A stretch of 32,000 nucleotides of DNA from Mycolicibacterium smegmatis (GTDB lineage: Bacteria; Actinomycetota; Actinomycetes; Mycobacteriales; Mycobacteriaceae). Positions 10,181 to 19,372 of this stretch are shown here, piece after piece. The stretch spans positions 4,470,001 to 4,502,000 of the forward strand of contig NZ_LN831039.1 in NCBI RefSeq assembly GCF_001457595.1, in the 5' to 3' direction. Under the pieces are notes generated by a model, which saw only the letters and a list, made by a program, of their open reading frames with translations, was not told where the DNA came from and did no database searches. Position 1 is the first letter of the stretch. Each line of letters begins with the position of its first letter. The translations under genes were made by a program, and so were the position numbers.

Positions 10181-11805
10181 GTGAGTTGTTGCTGAACGTG
10201 GCGGACCTCACGGTCGGCTTCGGCGACCATGAGGTGGTGCGCGGCCTGTCCTTCCATGTCGCGCCGGGCGAATGCTTCGCGATCGTCGGCGAATCCGGTT
10301 CGGGCAAGAGCGTCACCGCCCGCACCATCCTCGGCCTGGCCGGGCCCACCGCACGGGTCGGTGCCACCCGTCTGGAACTCAACGGAAAATCCCTGCTGGG
10401 CAACAAAGACCGGGATTGGCGACGCATCCGGGGCCGCGAGGTCGGTTTCGTGCTCCAGGACGCGCTGGTGTCGCTGGACCCGCTGCGCAAGGTGGGCGAC
10501 GAGATCGCCGAGACACTGCGCCTGCACAGGTTCGGCAACAAGGCCGCCCGCCGCAGGCACGTCCTGGAACTGCTCGAGGCCGTCGGTGTTCCCGAACCCG
10601 AACTCAAGGCCCGGCAACTGCCCGGCGAACTGTCCGGCGGGCAGCGCCAGCGTGCCCTGATCGCCTCGGCCATCGCGCTCGACCCGCCGCTGGTGATCGC
10701 CGACGAGCCCACCACGGCCCTGGACGTCACAGTGCAGGCCCAGATCCTGGATCTGCTGGCCGCGATGAAAAACAAGGGCACGGGCCTGGTGTTGATCAGC
10801 CACGACCTCGCGGTGGTGGGCCGGTTGGCTGATCGGGTCGCGGTCATGCGCAACGGTGTTCTGGTCGAGCAGGGTCCGGTCGCAGAGGTGCTGGCCGCGC
10901 CGTCACACCCCTACACCCAGACCCTGCTGGACGCGGTCCCGGCCGCGCACCGCAAGGGCACCCGCCTGTCGCACCAACCCGCGCGCACGATGCACGGCAC
11001 GCGGCAGACCGACGACGGTGTGCTGCTGGCGGCCCGCAACCTGGTCAAGCGGTTTCGCGGACCCGACGGCGTGGAGCGCACGGCGGTCAACGACGTGTCG
11101 TTCGAGATCGGCGTCGGCGAAACCCTCGGCATCGTCGGGGAATCCGGTTCGGGTAAGACCACCACGGCCCGCATGGCGCTCGCGCTCACCGAGCCCGACG
11201 AGGGCACGGTGCACCTGCTCGGCCAGCCGTGGAGTGAGCTCACCGAGAAGGAGCGCCGCAGCCGGCGCCGCCGCATCTCGGTGGTGTACCAGGATCCGCT
11301 GAGCTCGTTCGACCCACGCTGGACCGTGCGGCGCATCCTCGCCGATGCGCTCCCCGCCGAGCGCTACCCGGATGCCAAGGCCCGCGACGCGCGGGTGCGT
11401 GAACTGCTCGACGATGTCGGTCTGAGCTCCGAGCAACTCGATCGCCGACCGTTACTGCTCTCCGGTGGGCAGCGTCAGCGCGTGGCGATCGCGCGTGCCC
11501 TGGCCCCGGAGCCGTCGCTGATCGTGTGTGACGAACCGGTGTCCGCGCTCGACGTCACGATTCAGGCGCAGGTGCTGGACCTGCTGACCGATCTGCAGGA
11601 GCAACTCGGGCTGAGCTATTTGTTCATCTCGCACGACCTGGGGGTCATCCACCACGTGGCCGATCGCGTGCTGGTGATGCGGGAGGGCCGGGTGGTCGAA
11701 TCCGGATCGGCCGCACAGATCTTCGACGCCCCGCAGGACCCGTACACCCAGCAGTTGCTGGCCAGTCTTCCCGCCGCCGAACCGATGTCAGGAGCCGTAC
11801 TGTGA
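10177..11805 (+). CDS. Fused tandem ABC ATPase (DppD-DppF-like, two nucleotide-binding domains)
   Basis: Two Walker A motifs (GESGSGKS), two signature motifs (LSGGQRQR) and two Walker B (LVIADEPTTALD, LIVCDEPVSALD); ATGA overlap with upstream gene. Confidence 0.95.
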   Translation: MSELLLNVADLTVGFGDHEVVRGLSFHVAPGECFAIVGESGSGKSVTARTILGLAGPTARVGATRLELNGKSLLGNKDRDWRRIRGREVGFVLQDALVSLDPLRKVGDEIAETLRLHRFGNKAARRRHVLELLEAVGVPEPELKARQLPGELSGGQRQRALIASAIALDPPLVIADEPTTALDVTVQAQILDLLAAMKNKGTGLVLISHDLAVVGRLADRVAVMRNGVLVEQGPVAEVLAAPSHPYTQTLLDAVPAAHRKGTRLSHQPARTMHGTRQTDDGVLLAARNLVKRFRGPDGVERTAVNDVSFEIGVGETLGIVGESGSGKTTTARMALALTEPDEGTVHLLGQPWSELTEKERRSRRRRISVVYQDPLSSFDPRWTVRRILADALPAERYPDAKARDARVRELLDDVGLSSEQLDRRPLLLSGGQRQRVAIARALAPEPSLIVCDEPVSALDVTIQAQVLDLLTDLQEQLGLSYLFISHDLGVIHHVADRVLVMREGRVVESGSAAQIFDAPQDPYTQQLLASLPAAEPMSGAVL

Positions 11806-13172
11806 CCAAACAGATCATCCTCAACGCGTTCGACATGAACTGCGTGACACACATCGTGGCCGGCACCTGGCGCCACCCCGAATCGCAGGCCCGGCGATAC
11901 AAGGACATCGAGTACTGGACCGATCTGGCCAAGGTGCTCGAGAAGGGCCTGTTCGACGGCCTGTTCATCGCCGACGTGCTGGGCATCTACGACGTGTTCG
12001 GCGGCGGACCGGAAACCGCGCTGCGCACCGGCGCGCAGGTGCCGGTCAACGACCCGCTGCTGGTGGTGCCCGCGATGGCCGCGGTCACCAAGCACTTGGG
12101 CTTCGGGGTCACGGCGGCAACGTCTTTCGAGCATCCGTATTCGTTCTCGCGCCGGATGTCGACGCTGGACCACCTGACCAAGGGCCGGGTGGGCTGGAAC
12201 ATCGTCACGGGCTATCTGGAGAGCGCGGCGCGCAACCACGGCCTGGACACCATCACGCCGCACGCCGACCGTTACGACATCGCCGACGAGTACACCGAGG
12301 TGTTGTACAAGCTGTGGGAGGGTTCGTGGGAGGACGACGCCGTCGGGGCCGACCCGAACCGCGCCGAATACGCCGATGCGGCAAAGGTGCACCCGATCAA
12401 CCATGAGGGCACGCATTTCCGGGTGCCCGGCATCCACCTGTGCGAGCCGTCGCCGCAGCGCACCCCGGTGCTGTATCAGGCGGGCGCGTCCAGCAGGGGC
12501 CGACAGTTCGGCGCCGAGAACGCCGAGGTGATCTTCATCGGCGCGCCCACCAAGGACGTGCTGCGCGAGGCGGTCGCCGACATCCGCACCCGCGCCGCCG
12601 CGGCCGGACGTGACCCGTACGACGTCAAGATCGTCAACAGCCACGTCATCGTCACGGGTGAGACGGAGTCCGTCGCGCAGGCACGCTACGACGAGTTCCG
12701 CAGCTACACCGATCCGCAAGGTGCACTGGCATTGTGGTCGGGTTGGCTGGGGACCGACCTGTCGCGGTTCGACCTCGACGACCCGGTCGAGGTCACCGAC
12801 AACGAGTTCCTCAAGTCGTCGGTCGAGATGTTCGGGCAGGGCCAGTGGACCCTGCGCGATTTCATCGACGCCCACGCGATCAACGTCGACGGCGCCATGG
12901 CCGTGGGATCGCCCCAGCAGGTTGCCGACGATCTGCAGGAATGGGTCGAAGAGACCGATGTCGACGGGTTCAACCTCACCAACGTCATCACGCCGGGCAC
13001 GTTCGTCGACGTCGCCGAACATGTGATCCCCGAGCTGCAGCGCCGCGGCGCCTACAAGACCGAGTACACCGAAGGGACGTTGCGCCACAAGCTGTTCGGT
13101 CGTGGCCCCCGACTCCCCGAGACCCACCGGGCGGCCAACTACCGCCACGTCACCCAGGAGGTATCCGCATGA
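11802..13172 (+). CDS. LLM-class FMN-dependent monooxygenase, NtaA/SnaA/DszA (SoxA) family
   Basis: MTKQIILNAFDMNCVTHIVAGTWRHPE, FDGLFIADVLGIYDVF, SFEHPYSFSRRMSTLDHLTKGRVGWNIVTGYLESAARN; GTGA overlap. Confidence 0.92.
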   Translation: MTKQIILNAFDMNCVTHIVAGTWRHPESQARRYKDIEYWTDLAKVLEKGLFDGLFIADVLGIYDVFGGGPETALRTGAQVPVNDPLLVVPAMAAVTKHLGFGVTAATSFEHPYSFSRRMSTLDHLTKGRVGWNIVTGYLESAARNHGLDTITPHADRYDIADEYTEVLYKLWEGSWEDDAVGADPNRAEYADAAKVHPINHEGTHFRVPGIHLCEPSPQRTPVLYQAGASSRGRQFGAENAEVIFIGAPTKDVLREAVADIRTRAAAAGRDPYDVKIVNSHVIVTGETESVAQARYDEFRSYTDPQGALALWSGWLGTDLSRFDLDDPVEVTDNEFLKSSVEMFGQGQWTLRDFIDAHAINVDGAMAVGSPQQVADDLQEWVEETDVDGFNLTNVITPGTFVDVAEHVIPELQRRGAYKTEYTEGTLRHKLFGRGPRLPETHRAANYRHVTQEVSA

Positions 13173-14386
13173 CGAGCACCGCCACCGAGCCCATCACGTA
13201 CGGCTCACAACGGCTGGCCGAACTCATCGAGAAGATCGGCGAGGGCTCGCTGGAACGTGAACGCACCGGTGAGCGGCCGTTCGCGGTCATCGACCTGATC
13301 AAGCAGTCCGGTCTCGGCGCGTTGCGCGTCCCGCGTGAAGAGGGCGGCGGCGGGGCGACGCTGCGCGACCTGTTCGCCACCGTCATCGCGATCGCCACGG
13401 CCGACGTCAACGTCGCGCACATCCTGCGCGGGCACTTCGCCCACATCGAGGAGCGCCTGCGTCTCGACAGTGAACTGCGGCAGAAGGGTATCGATCTGGC
13501 GCTGTCCGGCAAGCTCATCGGCAACGCGTCCACCGAGATCGGCTCGACCCCGGCCGGTGGTTTCACGTGGCAGACCCGGCTCACCCGCGACGGCGACAAC
13601 TATCTGCTCAACGGTAAGAAGTTCTTCACCACCGGCACGCTGTACTCCGACTACGCCGAGGTGCTGGCCAGTGATCCCACCGGCGCCTCCGTGATCACAC
13701 TGGTACCCACCGACCATCCGGGTGTCACCGTGCTCGACGACTGGGACGGCATGGGCCAGCGCGCCACCGGCACCGGCACGGCGATCTTCGAGAACGTCCC
13801 GGTGGCCGCCGAGGAGGTCATGGAGTTCGCACCTCCGGGCGCCGACGACGAGGAACAGTCGCTCTACCACTCGGGCGCGTTCTTCCAGTTGTACGTCACC
13901 GCACTGGAAGTCGGCGTGATCCACGCGCTGCGCCGCGACGCGGTCGAGCACGTCCACACCCGGGCCCGCAGCTTCGCGTGGGCACCGCACCCGGTGCCGG
14001 CCGACGATCCGTTGCTGCAGCGCGAGATCGGTGAGATCGCCGCCGCGGCGTACGCGGGCGAGGCGACGGTGCTGGCCGCGGCCGAGGCCCTCGGCCGGGC
14101 GTATCAGGCCGACATCGACAAGACCGACCCGGACCTGGTGCTGGCGCACGAGGCGTCACTGCAGGCCGCGCAGGCGAAGATCGTCGTCGACGCACTCGCG
14201 CAGAAGGCCGCCTCGCAGATCTTCGACGTCGGCGGCGCATCCATCGTCCGGCAGGCCTACCTGCTGGACCGGCACTGGCGCAACATCCGCACGCTCGCGT
14301 CGCACAATCCGTCGTCGTACAAGGCGCAGGCCGTGGGCGCGTTCTTCACGCGCGGCACCAGATTGCCCGGCAGCGGCTACTTCTGA
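13169..14386 (+). CDS. Acyl-CoA dehydrogenase-fold flavin oxidoreductase/monooxygenase (DszC/SfnB-like)
   Basis: GALRVPREEGGGGATLRDL, NGKKFFTTGTLYSDY, DDWDGMGQRATGTGT, DVGGASIVRQAYLLDRHWRNIRTLASHNPSSYKAQAVG; ATGA overlap with the DszA-like gene. Confidence 0.9.
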   Translation: MTSTATEPITYGSQRLAELIEKIGEGSLERERTGERPFAVIDLIKQSGLGALRVPREEGGGGATLRDLFATVIAIATADVNVAHILRGHFAHIEERLRLDSELRQKGIDLALSGKLIGNASTEIGSTPAGGFTWQTRLTRDGDNYLLNGKKFFTTGTLYSDYAEVLASDPTGASVITLVPTDHPGVTVLDDWDGMGQRATGTGTAIFENVPVAAEEVMEFAPPGADDEEQSLYHSGAFFQLYVTALEVGVIHALRRDAVEHVHTRARSFAWAPHPVPADDPLLQREIGEIAAAAYAGEATVLAAAEALGRAYQADIDKTDPDLVLAHEASLQAAQAKIVVDALAQKAASQIFDVGGASIVRQAYLLDRHWRNIRTLASHNPSSYKAQAVGAFFTRGTRLPGSGYF

Positions 14387-14432
14387 GCGGCCGATCCGTC
14401 GCGAAACACCCTGTCGCACTGCCGATTTCTTC

Positions 14433-14467
14433 GCACGGATTGTGACCTGCAAGGTCACAATCCGTGC
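14433..14467. promoter_or_regulatory. Perfect inverted repeat (16-bp arms, 3-nt loop): strong hairpin or operator between two operons
   Basis: GCACGGATTGTGACCT-GCA-AGGTCACAATCCGTGC read directly; located 47 nt after one stop and ~120 nt before the next start. Confidence 0.9.
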
Positions 14468-14516
14468 TCGAGATGATCGTTGACCCTTTCTGAAGCGCCG
14501 CCATAGCCTTCAGGAA

Positions 14517-14566
14517 GCCACTGCAGTGAATCGCACCCGCCGCTCGACACCGGCCGCTGCAGTGGC
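14517..14566. repeat. Inverted repeat pair GCCACTGCAG ... CTGCAGTGGC (30-nt spacer), candidate operator
   Basis: 14517-14526 and 14557-14566 are exact reverse complements; CTGCAGTG is also directly repeated (14521, 14557). Just upstream of the amidohydrolase start. Confidence 0.6.
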
Positions 14567-14589
14567 CTCCAAACGGCGGAAGGACAGGC

Positions 14590-15897
14590 GTGACATCGGT
14601 TGACGGAGCAGCGCAGCGTGTGATCCTGCGCGGCGGACGCGTGATCGTCGGCGACGGGCACACCGTGCTCGACGACGCCACGGTCGTCGTCGAGCACGGA
14701 CGGATCACGACGGTCGACACCGGTGACGCGCCCGCTTCGCGGCCCGGCGATCGGCACGTCGACGTCAGCGGCAAGACTGTGATGCCCGCGGTGGTCAACC
14801 CGCACGGGCACGTCGGCTACATGCGCGGTTCGACGACGACGGCCGAGAATTTCTCCCGGGCAAGTGTTCTCGACTATATGCGGCGCATCCTCTACGCGGG
14901 TGTCGCGACCTTCCAGTCGCTGGGCACCGACCGTGACGACGTCGAAATCGGCCTCCGCGATCAGCAGCGATCGGGTGAACTGGCCGACGAGGGCCCGTTG
15001 GCCCGGTTCTACAGCGCAGGGGTGGGCATCGTGGCGCCCACACCCGGGTCACCCAACGGCGGACCGTTCTTCTCGACGGAGTCGATGTTCGAGGCGAGCA
15101 CCCCCGACGACGCGCGCGCCCACGTGCGCGTCCTCGCCGAAAAGCGGGCCGACATCGTCAAGTTCTGGATCGACGACCGCCACGGCACCAAGAGCAAGCT
15201 CCCGCCCGAGGTCTACCGGGCAATCGTGGACGAGGCGCACCGGCTCGGCCTCAAGGCCGCCGCCCACATCTACACCGTCGACGACGCCAAGGCCGCGGTG
15301 CGCGCCGGTGCCGACGTGCTGGCCCACCTCCCCCGCACCGGGCCCGACCGCGAACTCATCGACCTCATGCTCGAACACGACGTCGCCGCGTTCACGTCCT
15401 TGAGCATCCAGCGTCCCGACGGTACCGGCTGGCTCGACGATCCACTCGTGATCGAGACGGTCACCCCGCAGACCCGTGAATACCTGCGCACCCGCATCGA
15501 GTCGATCGCGCCGCAGCCGCTGTTCGACACCGTCGAGGCGTACCGGCGCATGGTCGACGCCGTGCACCAGTACGTGGAAGCCGGTGTGCGGATCGTGTTC
15601 TCGGCCGACACCGGGTTGCTGACCCAGGTACCCGGCATCGCCGAACATCGTGAGCTGGAGGCCATGGTCGATGCGGGGGTCAGCACGGCCGAGACGATCC
15701 ACGCCGCGACCGGCCGCGCAGCCGAATTCCTCAGTCTGGATTCGGGATCGGTCACCGAGGGCCGACGTGCCGATCTGCTGGTGCTCGACGCTGATCCGTT
15801 GACCGACATCCGTGCGGTGCGCCGCATCGACTCGCTGTACCTCGACGGCGACCTGGTCGATCGGGCCGCGTTGCGCGACCGCTTCCTGGACTTCTGA
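14590..15897 (+). CDS. Metal-dependent amidohydrolase
   Basis: GTG start; VNPHGHVGYM (HxH), ADIVKFWIDD (candidate carboxylysine), AAHIYT, VLAHLPR, VFSADTG; C-terminal GSVTEGRRADLLVLDADPL. Confidence 0.9.
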   Translation: MTSVDGAAQRVILRGGRVIVGDGHTVLDDATVVVEHGRITTVDTGDAPASRPGDRHVDVSGKTVMPAVVNPHGHVGYMRGSTTTAENFSRASVLDYMRRILYAGVATFQSLGTDRDDVEIGLRDQQRSGELADEGPLARFYSAGVGIVAPTPGSPNGGPFFSTESMFEASTPDDARAHVRVLAEKRADIVKFWIDDRHGTKSKLPPEVYRAIVDEAHRLGLKAAAHIYTVDDAKAAVRAGADVLAHLPRTGPDRELIDLMLEHDVAAFTSLSIQRPDGTGWLDDPLVIETVTPQTREYLRTRIESIAPQPLFDTVEAYRRMVDAVHQYVEAGVRIVFSADTGLLTQVPGIAEHRELEAMVDAGVSTAETIHAATGRAAEFLSLDSGSVTEGRRADLLVLDADPLTDIRAVRRIDSLYLDGDLVDRAALRDRFLDF

Positions 15898-15908
15898 AAG
15901 GACCAGAC

Positions 15909-16790
15909 GTGGACATCCACAGCCTCCGCAGTACATTCGCCGAACGCCTGCACGCCGGCGGGAACATCGTCGCGCCAGGCGCATACGACGCACTCAGCGC
16001 GCAGATCATCGCCCGCTCCGGATTCGAGGCGGTGTTCATCGGCAGCTTCGGCATCGCCGCATCGGCCTACGGACTGCCCGACGTCGGGCTGTTGTCCCTG
16101 GACCAGCTGACCGAGCACACCCGCAATACCGCACGGGCCGTGGACATCCCGGTGATCGCCGACGCCGAAGGCGGGTTCTTCGAACCGGCGAACATGTGGC
16201 GCACGGTTCGCGGGTTCGAGGACGCCGGCGTGTGCGCCATCCACATCGAGGACAACCTGGGTGGCAAGCACAGCGCCGAACCCGCGGGCCTGCTCTCCCC
16301 GGAGGCCATGTCCGCCCGTATCCGCGCCGCAGTCGACGCCAAGACCGATCCGGCGTTCCAGATCATCGCCCGCACCGACGCCCGGTGGGTGTACGGCGAT
16401 GTCGGAGAGACGGTCCGCCGCCTTCGCGCGTACATCGACGCCGGGGCCGACATGGTGTTCGCACCGGGCATCAGCGCAGCCGAACTGGCCGCTGTGCGTG
16501 CGGATCTCGCGCGCCCCGTGATGGTGCTGGCCGACCTGCCGACCCGTGCGGGTGAGGCGCTGCCCGAGGACAGTGTCGACGATTTCGTGGCGGCCGGGGC
16601 CAACCTGATCGTGCTGTTTTACCTGACGCTGGGCGCCGCGGCGCTCGGTGTACGCCGCGTCCTGGAGGATTTCACCGAGCACCGGGACGTGCGAAAGCTG
16701 GACGGGCTCTTCGAGTCTCAGCATGCGTTCGAGGCCGCCATGGGTTATGACACCTATGAGGCGCGGGTCGCGCGGTACGGAGGCAGGTGA
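15909..16790 (+). CDS. Isocitrate lyase / PEP mutase superfamily protein (oxaloacetate decarboxylase/PEP-mutase-like)
   Basis: APGAYDALSAQIIARSGFEAVFIGSFG, VIADAEGGF, CAIHIEDNLGGKHS, IIARTDAR; lacks the KKCGH loop of true isocitrate lyases. Confidence 0.9.
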   Translation: MDIHSLRSTFAERLHAGGNIVAPGAYDALSAQIIARSGFEAVFIGSFGIAASAYGLPDVGLLSLDQLTEHTRNTARAVDIPVIADAEGGFFEPANMWRTVRGFEDAGVCAIHIEDNLGGKHSAEPAGLLSPEAMSARIRAAVDAKTDPAFQIIARTDARWVYGDVGETVRRLRAYIDAGADMVFAPGISAAELAAVRADLARPVMVLADLPTRAGEALPEDSVDDFVAAGANLIVLFYLTLGAAALGVRRVLEDFTEHRDVRKLDGLFESQHAFEAAMGYDTYEARVARYGGR

Positions 16791-16791
16791 G

Positions 16792-17685
16792 TCACAACCG
16801 CAGCGGTTCGGCGAAACGTTCGGTCGCCCGCGCGATGTAGGCGCCCAGATCGTCCTCGCCAGAGCGCCTCGCCAGCCAGGTCAGGCACGTGGTCACGTAC
16901 GGTTGGGCCGTCAGCTTCCGGATGACGACACCGTCGCCGCTGACCAACCGGGTCCACGGGGCGTCCGGGTTGAGCACTGCGAAACAACAGTGCCTGCCCG
17001 CGGCCACGAGGGCGTGCATCTCCCCCACGATGTCGTTGGTGACGGAGGTGTTCTGCGCGGCCGACCGGTAGTAGGGCTCGAAGCCGTCCAGTACGTGTTC
17101 CTGATCGTGGCGGATCATCGTCAGCTCCGAGATATCCTCGGGCCGAATAATTTCAAGGCTGCGGTACGGCTCGATGTCGGGCACCGCAATGCCGTAGGTC
17201 TCCGTCATCATCTCGTGGTAGTCGATCCGTGGGTCGTCGGGCAGTCCCACGGTCACCCCGAAGTCGAACTCTCCCCGCAACAGTGCGCGGTACTGGTCCT
17301 CGGTCCGCCGTGCCACGATCTCCACGGTCGCGTCGGCGTCCACCGCGTGAAAAACGTCGTCGATCAACGTGCGCCGCAACGTATCCGGGACGGCGCGCAC
17401 GCCCATCGTCAACTCGGCGCGGGTCCGCGCCGAGTGCGAGGTCACCTGCCGCAGCGCGGCGACCTGCGCGAGGATCTCCTGCGCCTTCGGCACCAGCGCC
17501 ACACCCGCGGTGGTCAACGCGACGTGGCGAGTCCCCCGGTCGAACAGCGGCGCCCGCAGTTCCTTCTCCAGTTCACGGATGGCACGACTCAGCGGCGACG
17601 GGGCTATGCGCAGGTTCTCGGCGGCTCTGGCGAAGTTCAGTTCCTCGGCCACGGCCAGGAAGTACGTCAGATGCCGCAGTTCCAT
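16792..17685 (-). CDS. LysR family transcriptional regulator
   Basis: MELRHLTYFLAVAEELNFARAAENLRIAPSPLSRAIRELEKELRAPLFDRGTRHVALT; typical LysR effector domain length. Confidence 0.96.
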   Translation of the reverse strand: MELRHLTYFLAVAEELNFARAAENLRIAPSPLSRAIRELEKELRAPLFDRGTRHVALTTAGVALVPKAQEILAQVAALRQVTSHSARTRAELTMGVRAVPDTLRRTLIDDVFHAVDADATVEIVARRTEDQYRALLRGEFDFGVTVGLPDDPRIDYHEMMTETYGIAVPDIEPYRSLEIIRPEDISELTMIRHDQEHVLDGFEPYYRSAAQNTSVTNDIVGEMHALVAAGRHCCFAVLNPDAPWTRLVSGDGVVIRKLTAQPYVTTCLTWLARRSGEDDLGAYIARATERFAEPLRL

Positions 17686-17827
17686 GGCATGTGTCTAGCA
17701 GACGTATGCCCAGGCCGGGGCGCCGGAGTCCCTTTCCCCACCCCTATTGCCATTTGCCGATGGCGCGGTTATGTTACGTCTCGCCGATTCTACGGCAACG
17801 TTAATATCAAGATCGGAAGGCACCCCA

Positions 17828-18019
17828 ATGATTCGTGCATTCATCGCAGCAGCCGTTCTCGGCGGGCTCGTCCTCGGGGGTGCGGCGACCGCCGGCGCCG
17901 ACCCTTATTACAAGAACTGCGCCGCGGCCCGTGCGGCCGGCGCGGCGCCGGTCTACGAGGGTGACCCGGGCTATGCGCCCCACCTCGACCGCGACGGCGA
18001 CGGTGTCGGCTGCGAATAG
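17828..18019 (+). CDS. Small secreted excalibur calcium-binding domain protein (63 aa)
   Basis: Signal peptide MIRAFIAAAVLGGLVLGGAATAGA followed by DPYYKNCAAARAAGAAPVYEGDPGYAPHLDRDGDGVGCE (excalibur DxDxDGxxCE motif); RBS GGAAGG upstream. Confidence 0.92.
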   Translation: MIRAFIAAAVLGGLVLGGAATAGADPYYKNCAAARAAGAAPVYEGDPGYAPHLDRDGDGVGCE

Positions 18020-18025
18020 GGCGGA

Positions 18026-18781
18026 TTACCGGCTGAGCCACTCCACGAACTGATCCGAGGTGATCACGGGCGCGAAGAAGTTGTTGATCCGCTGGAACGC
18101 GGCGCGCTCGTGATCGGGATGGGCCGCGCCGGTCGCGTCACCGATGACGATCGGCAGCAGCCCGTGATCGCGGGCCGCGCGGGCGTTGCCCTCGATGCAC
18201 CAGTCGAGGTGGATGCCGGTGAGGACCACCACCTCGATCTTCTGGCGGATCAGCGTGCCCGGCAGGTCGGTGCCGACGAACGCGGTCTGCAGCGCCTTCT
18301 CGAACAGCTCGTTGTCCCCCGGCTCGACCAGTTCCCGAAGCTCACCGACAAGCTCGTTGTCCCAGGCGATCTGCTCAGGGGTCGCGTCGATGTGTCCGGT
18401 CCAGGCGTTGTACTGCACGCGGTCGAAGTCGGTCTTCGGATAGTCGTCACGGAACACCGAGAAACCGATCCAGTTGAACGACGTGAAGTTCTTCGCCGCG
18501 CGGGCGGCCTTCACGGCCTTGACCGTGGCCTCGAGGCTGCCGCGGAACGCATGCCCCTCGGCGTACTGCACGCCACCGGGCCGGTACAGCGAGTTCGATT
18601 GGCTGACCGACAGGAATGCCGCAGGGCGCGAGAGGATTTCGCGGAAATCCAGCTCCTGCCAGTGCTCGGCCAGCGGCGGGATCGACGCGACGTTGCTCGG
18701 AGGAAAGCCGAGCGCCTTCGGATCGAGTTCAACCGGTTCCAGCGGCGTGATCCGGTTCGCGCGCTCCACAGTCGCAGTCAC
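18026..18781 (-). CDS. Isochorismatase-like cysteine hydrolase
   Basis: VVVLTGIHLDWCIEGNARAARDHGLLPIVIGDATGA (catalytic Cys motif) and FEKALQTAFVGTDL; GTG start at 18781 with GAAAGG upstream (the provided ORF extends upstream to 19009). Confidence 0.82.
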   Translation of the reverse strand: MTATVERANRITPLEPVELDPKALGFPPSNVASIPPLAEHWQELDFREILSRPAAFLSVSQSNSLYRPGGVQYAEGHAFRGSLEATVKAVKAARAAKNFTSFNWIGFSVFRDDYPKTDFDRVQYNAWTGHIDATPEQIAWDNELVGELRELVEPGDNELFEKALQTAFVGTDLPGTLIRQKIEVVVLTGIHLDWCIEGNARAARDHGLLPIVIGDATGAAHPDHERAAFQRINNFFAPVITSDQFVEWLSR

Positions 18782-18881
18782 AGTCGATACCTTTCGTTGA
18801 CGCACACGGCACGGGCGATGGTCGCATTTCCGTCGTGACGGCGAGAGACTTAGGATCAGCGTGATTCCAAATCCGCGCAGG

Positions 18882-19277
18882 TCACGACCCTTGGCGGTCG
18901 CGCGCCAGGTTCGCTGATCGCACGCTGAGCACCTTGTCGAGGTAGGCCGCGATGGCATCCCGGTTGCGGGCCAGACATTCGATGCGTTCGGTGAGACGGG
19001 CCTGTTCACGTTGCAGCGTGGCGACCATCTCGGGTGTCACGTTGGGAACGTAGATGGTCTGCGGCTGATCCAGACACGGCAGAAGTTGTTCGATGATGCG
19101 CGTGGGAAGCCCGGCGTCGAGCAGACCCGCGATCTGCAGGACGACGTGGACATGTGCCTCGCCGTACTCGCGGTATCCGTTCGCGGCACGGCTCGGCATG
19201 AGCAGACCCTGCTCTTCGTAGTAGCGCAGCTGCCGACGCGACACACCCGTGCGCTCGGCGAGCTCGCCGATTCGCAT
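18882..19277 (-). CDS. MerR family transcriptional regulator
   Basis: MRIGELAERTGVSRRQLRYYEEQGLL winged-HTH; ATG at 19277. Confidence 0.95.
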   Translation of the reverse strand: MRIGELAERTGVSRRQLRYYEEQGLLMPSRAANGYREYGEAHVHVVLQIAGLLDAGLPTRIIEQLLPCLDQPQTIYVPNVTPEMVATLQREQARLTERIECLARNRDAIAAYLDKVLSVRSANLARDRQGS

Positions 19278-19298
19278 GTGGCCCAGCTTACAGTTGAC

Positions 19299-19323
19299 CT
19301 TGACGCAAGTGTGAGCGTTCAAG
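19299..19323. promoter_or_regulatory. Candidate MerR operator in divergent promoter
   Basis: CTTGACGCAAGTGTGAGCGTTCAAG: near-perfect dyad (CTTGA-CGC ... GCGTTCAAG) between the divergent merR-like and LLM genes. Confidence 0.55.
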
Positions 19324-19372
19324 ACTCGTTGCAGGGGATGGAAACACCGGCAACGAATCAGGAGGCCCACCC

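Noticed and set aside
11616-13148. 510-aa minus-strand ORF
   Set aside because: Antisense to the DszA-like gene in a tightly coupled plus-strand operon.
15049-16724. Long minus-strand ORFs (314 and 484 aa) opposite the amidohydrolase and PEP-mutase-like genes
   Set aside because: Plus-strand translations contain recognisable active-site motifs; antisense products do not.
18781-19009. N-terminal extension of the isochorismatase-like ORF
   Set aside because: Overlaps the merR 3' end; a GTG start with GAAAGG spacing at 18781 fits better.
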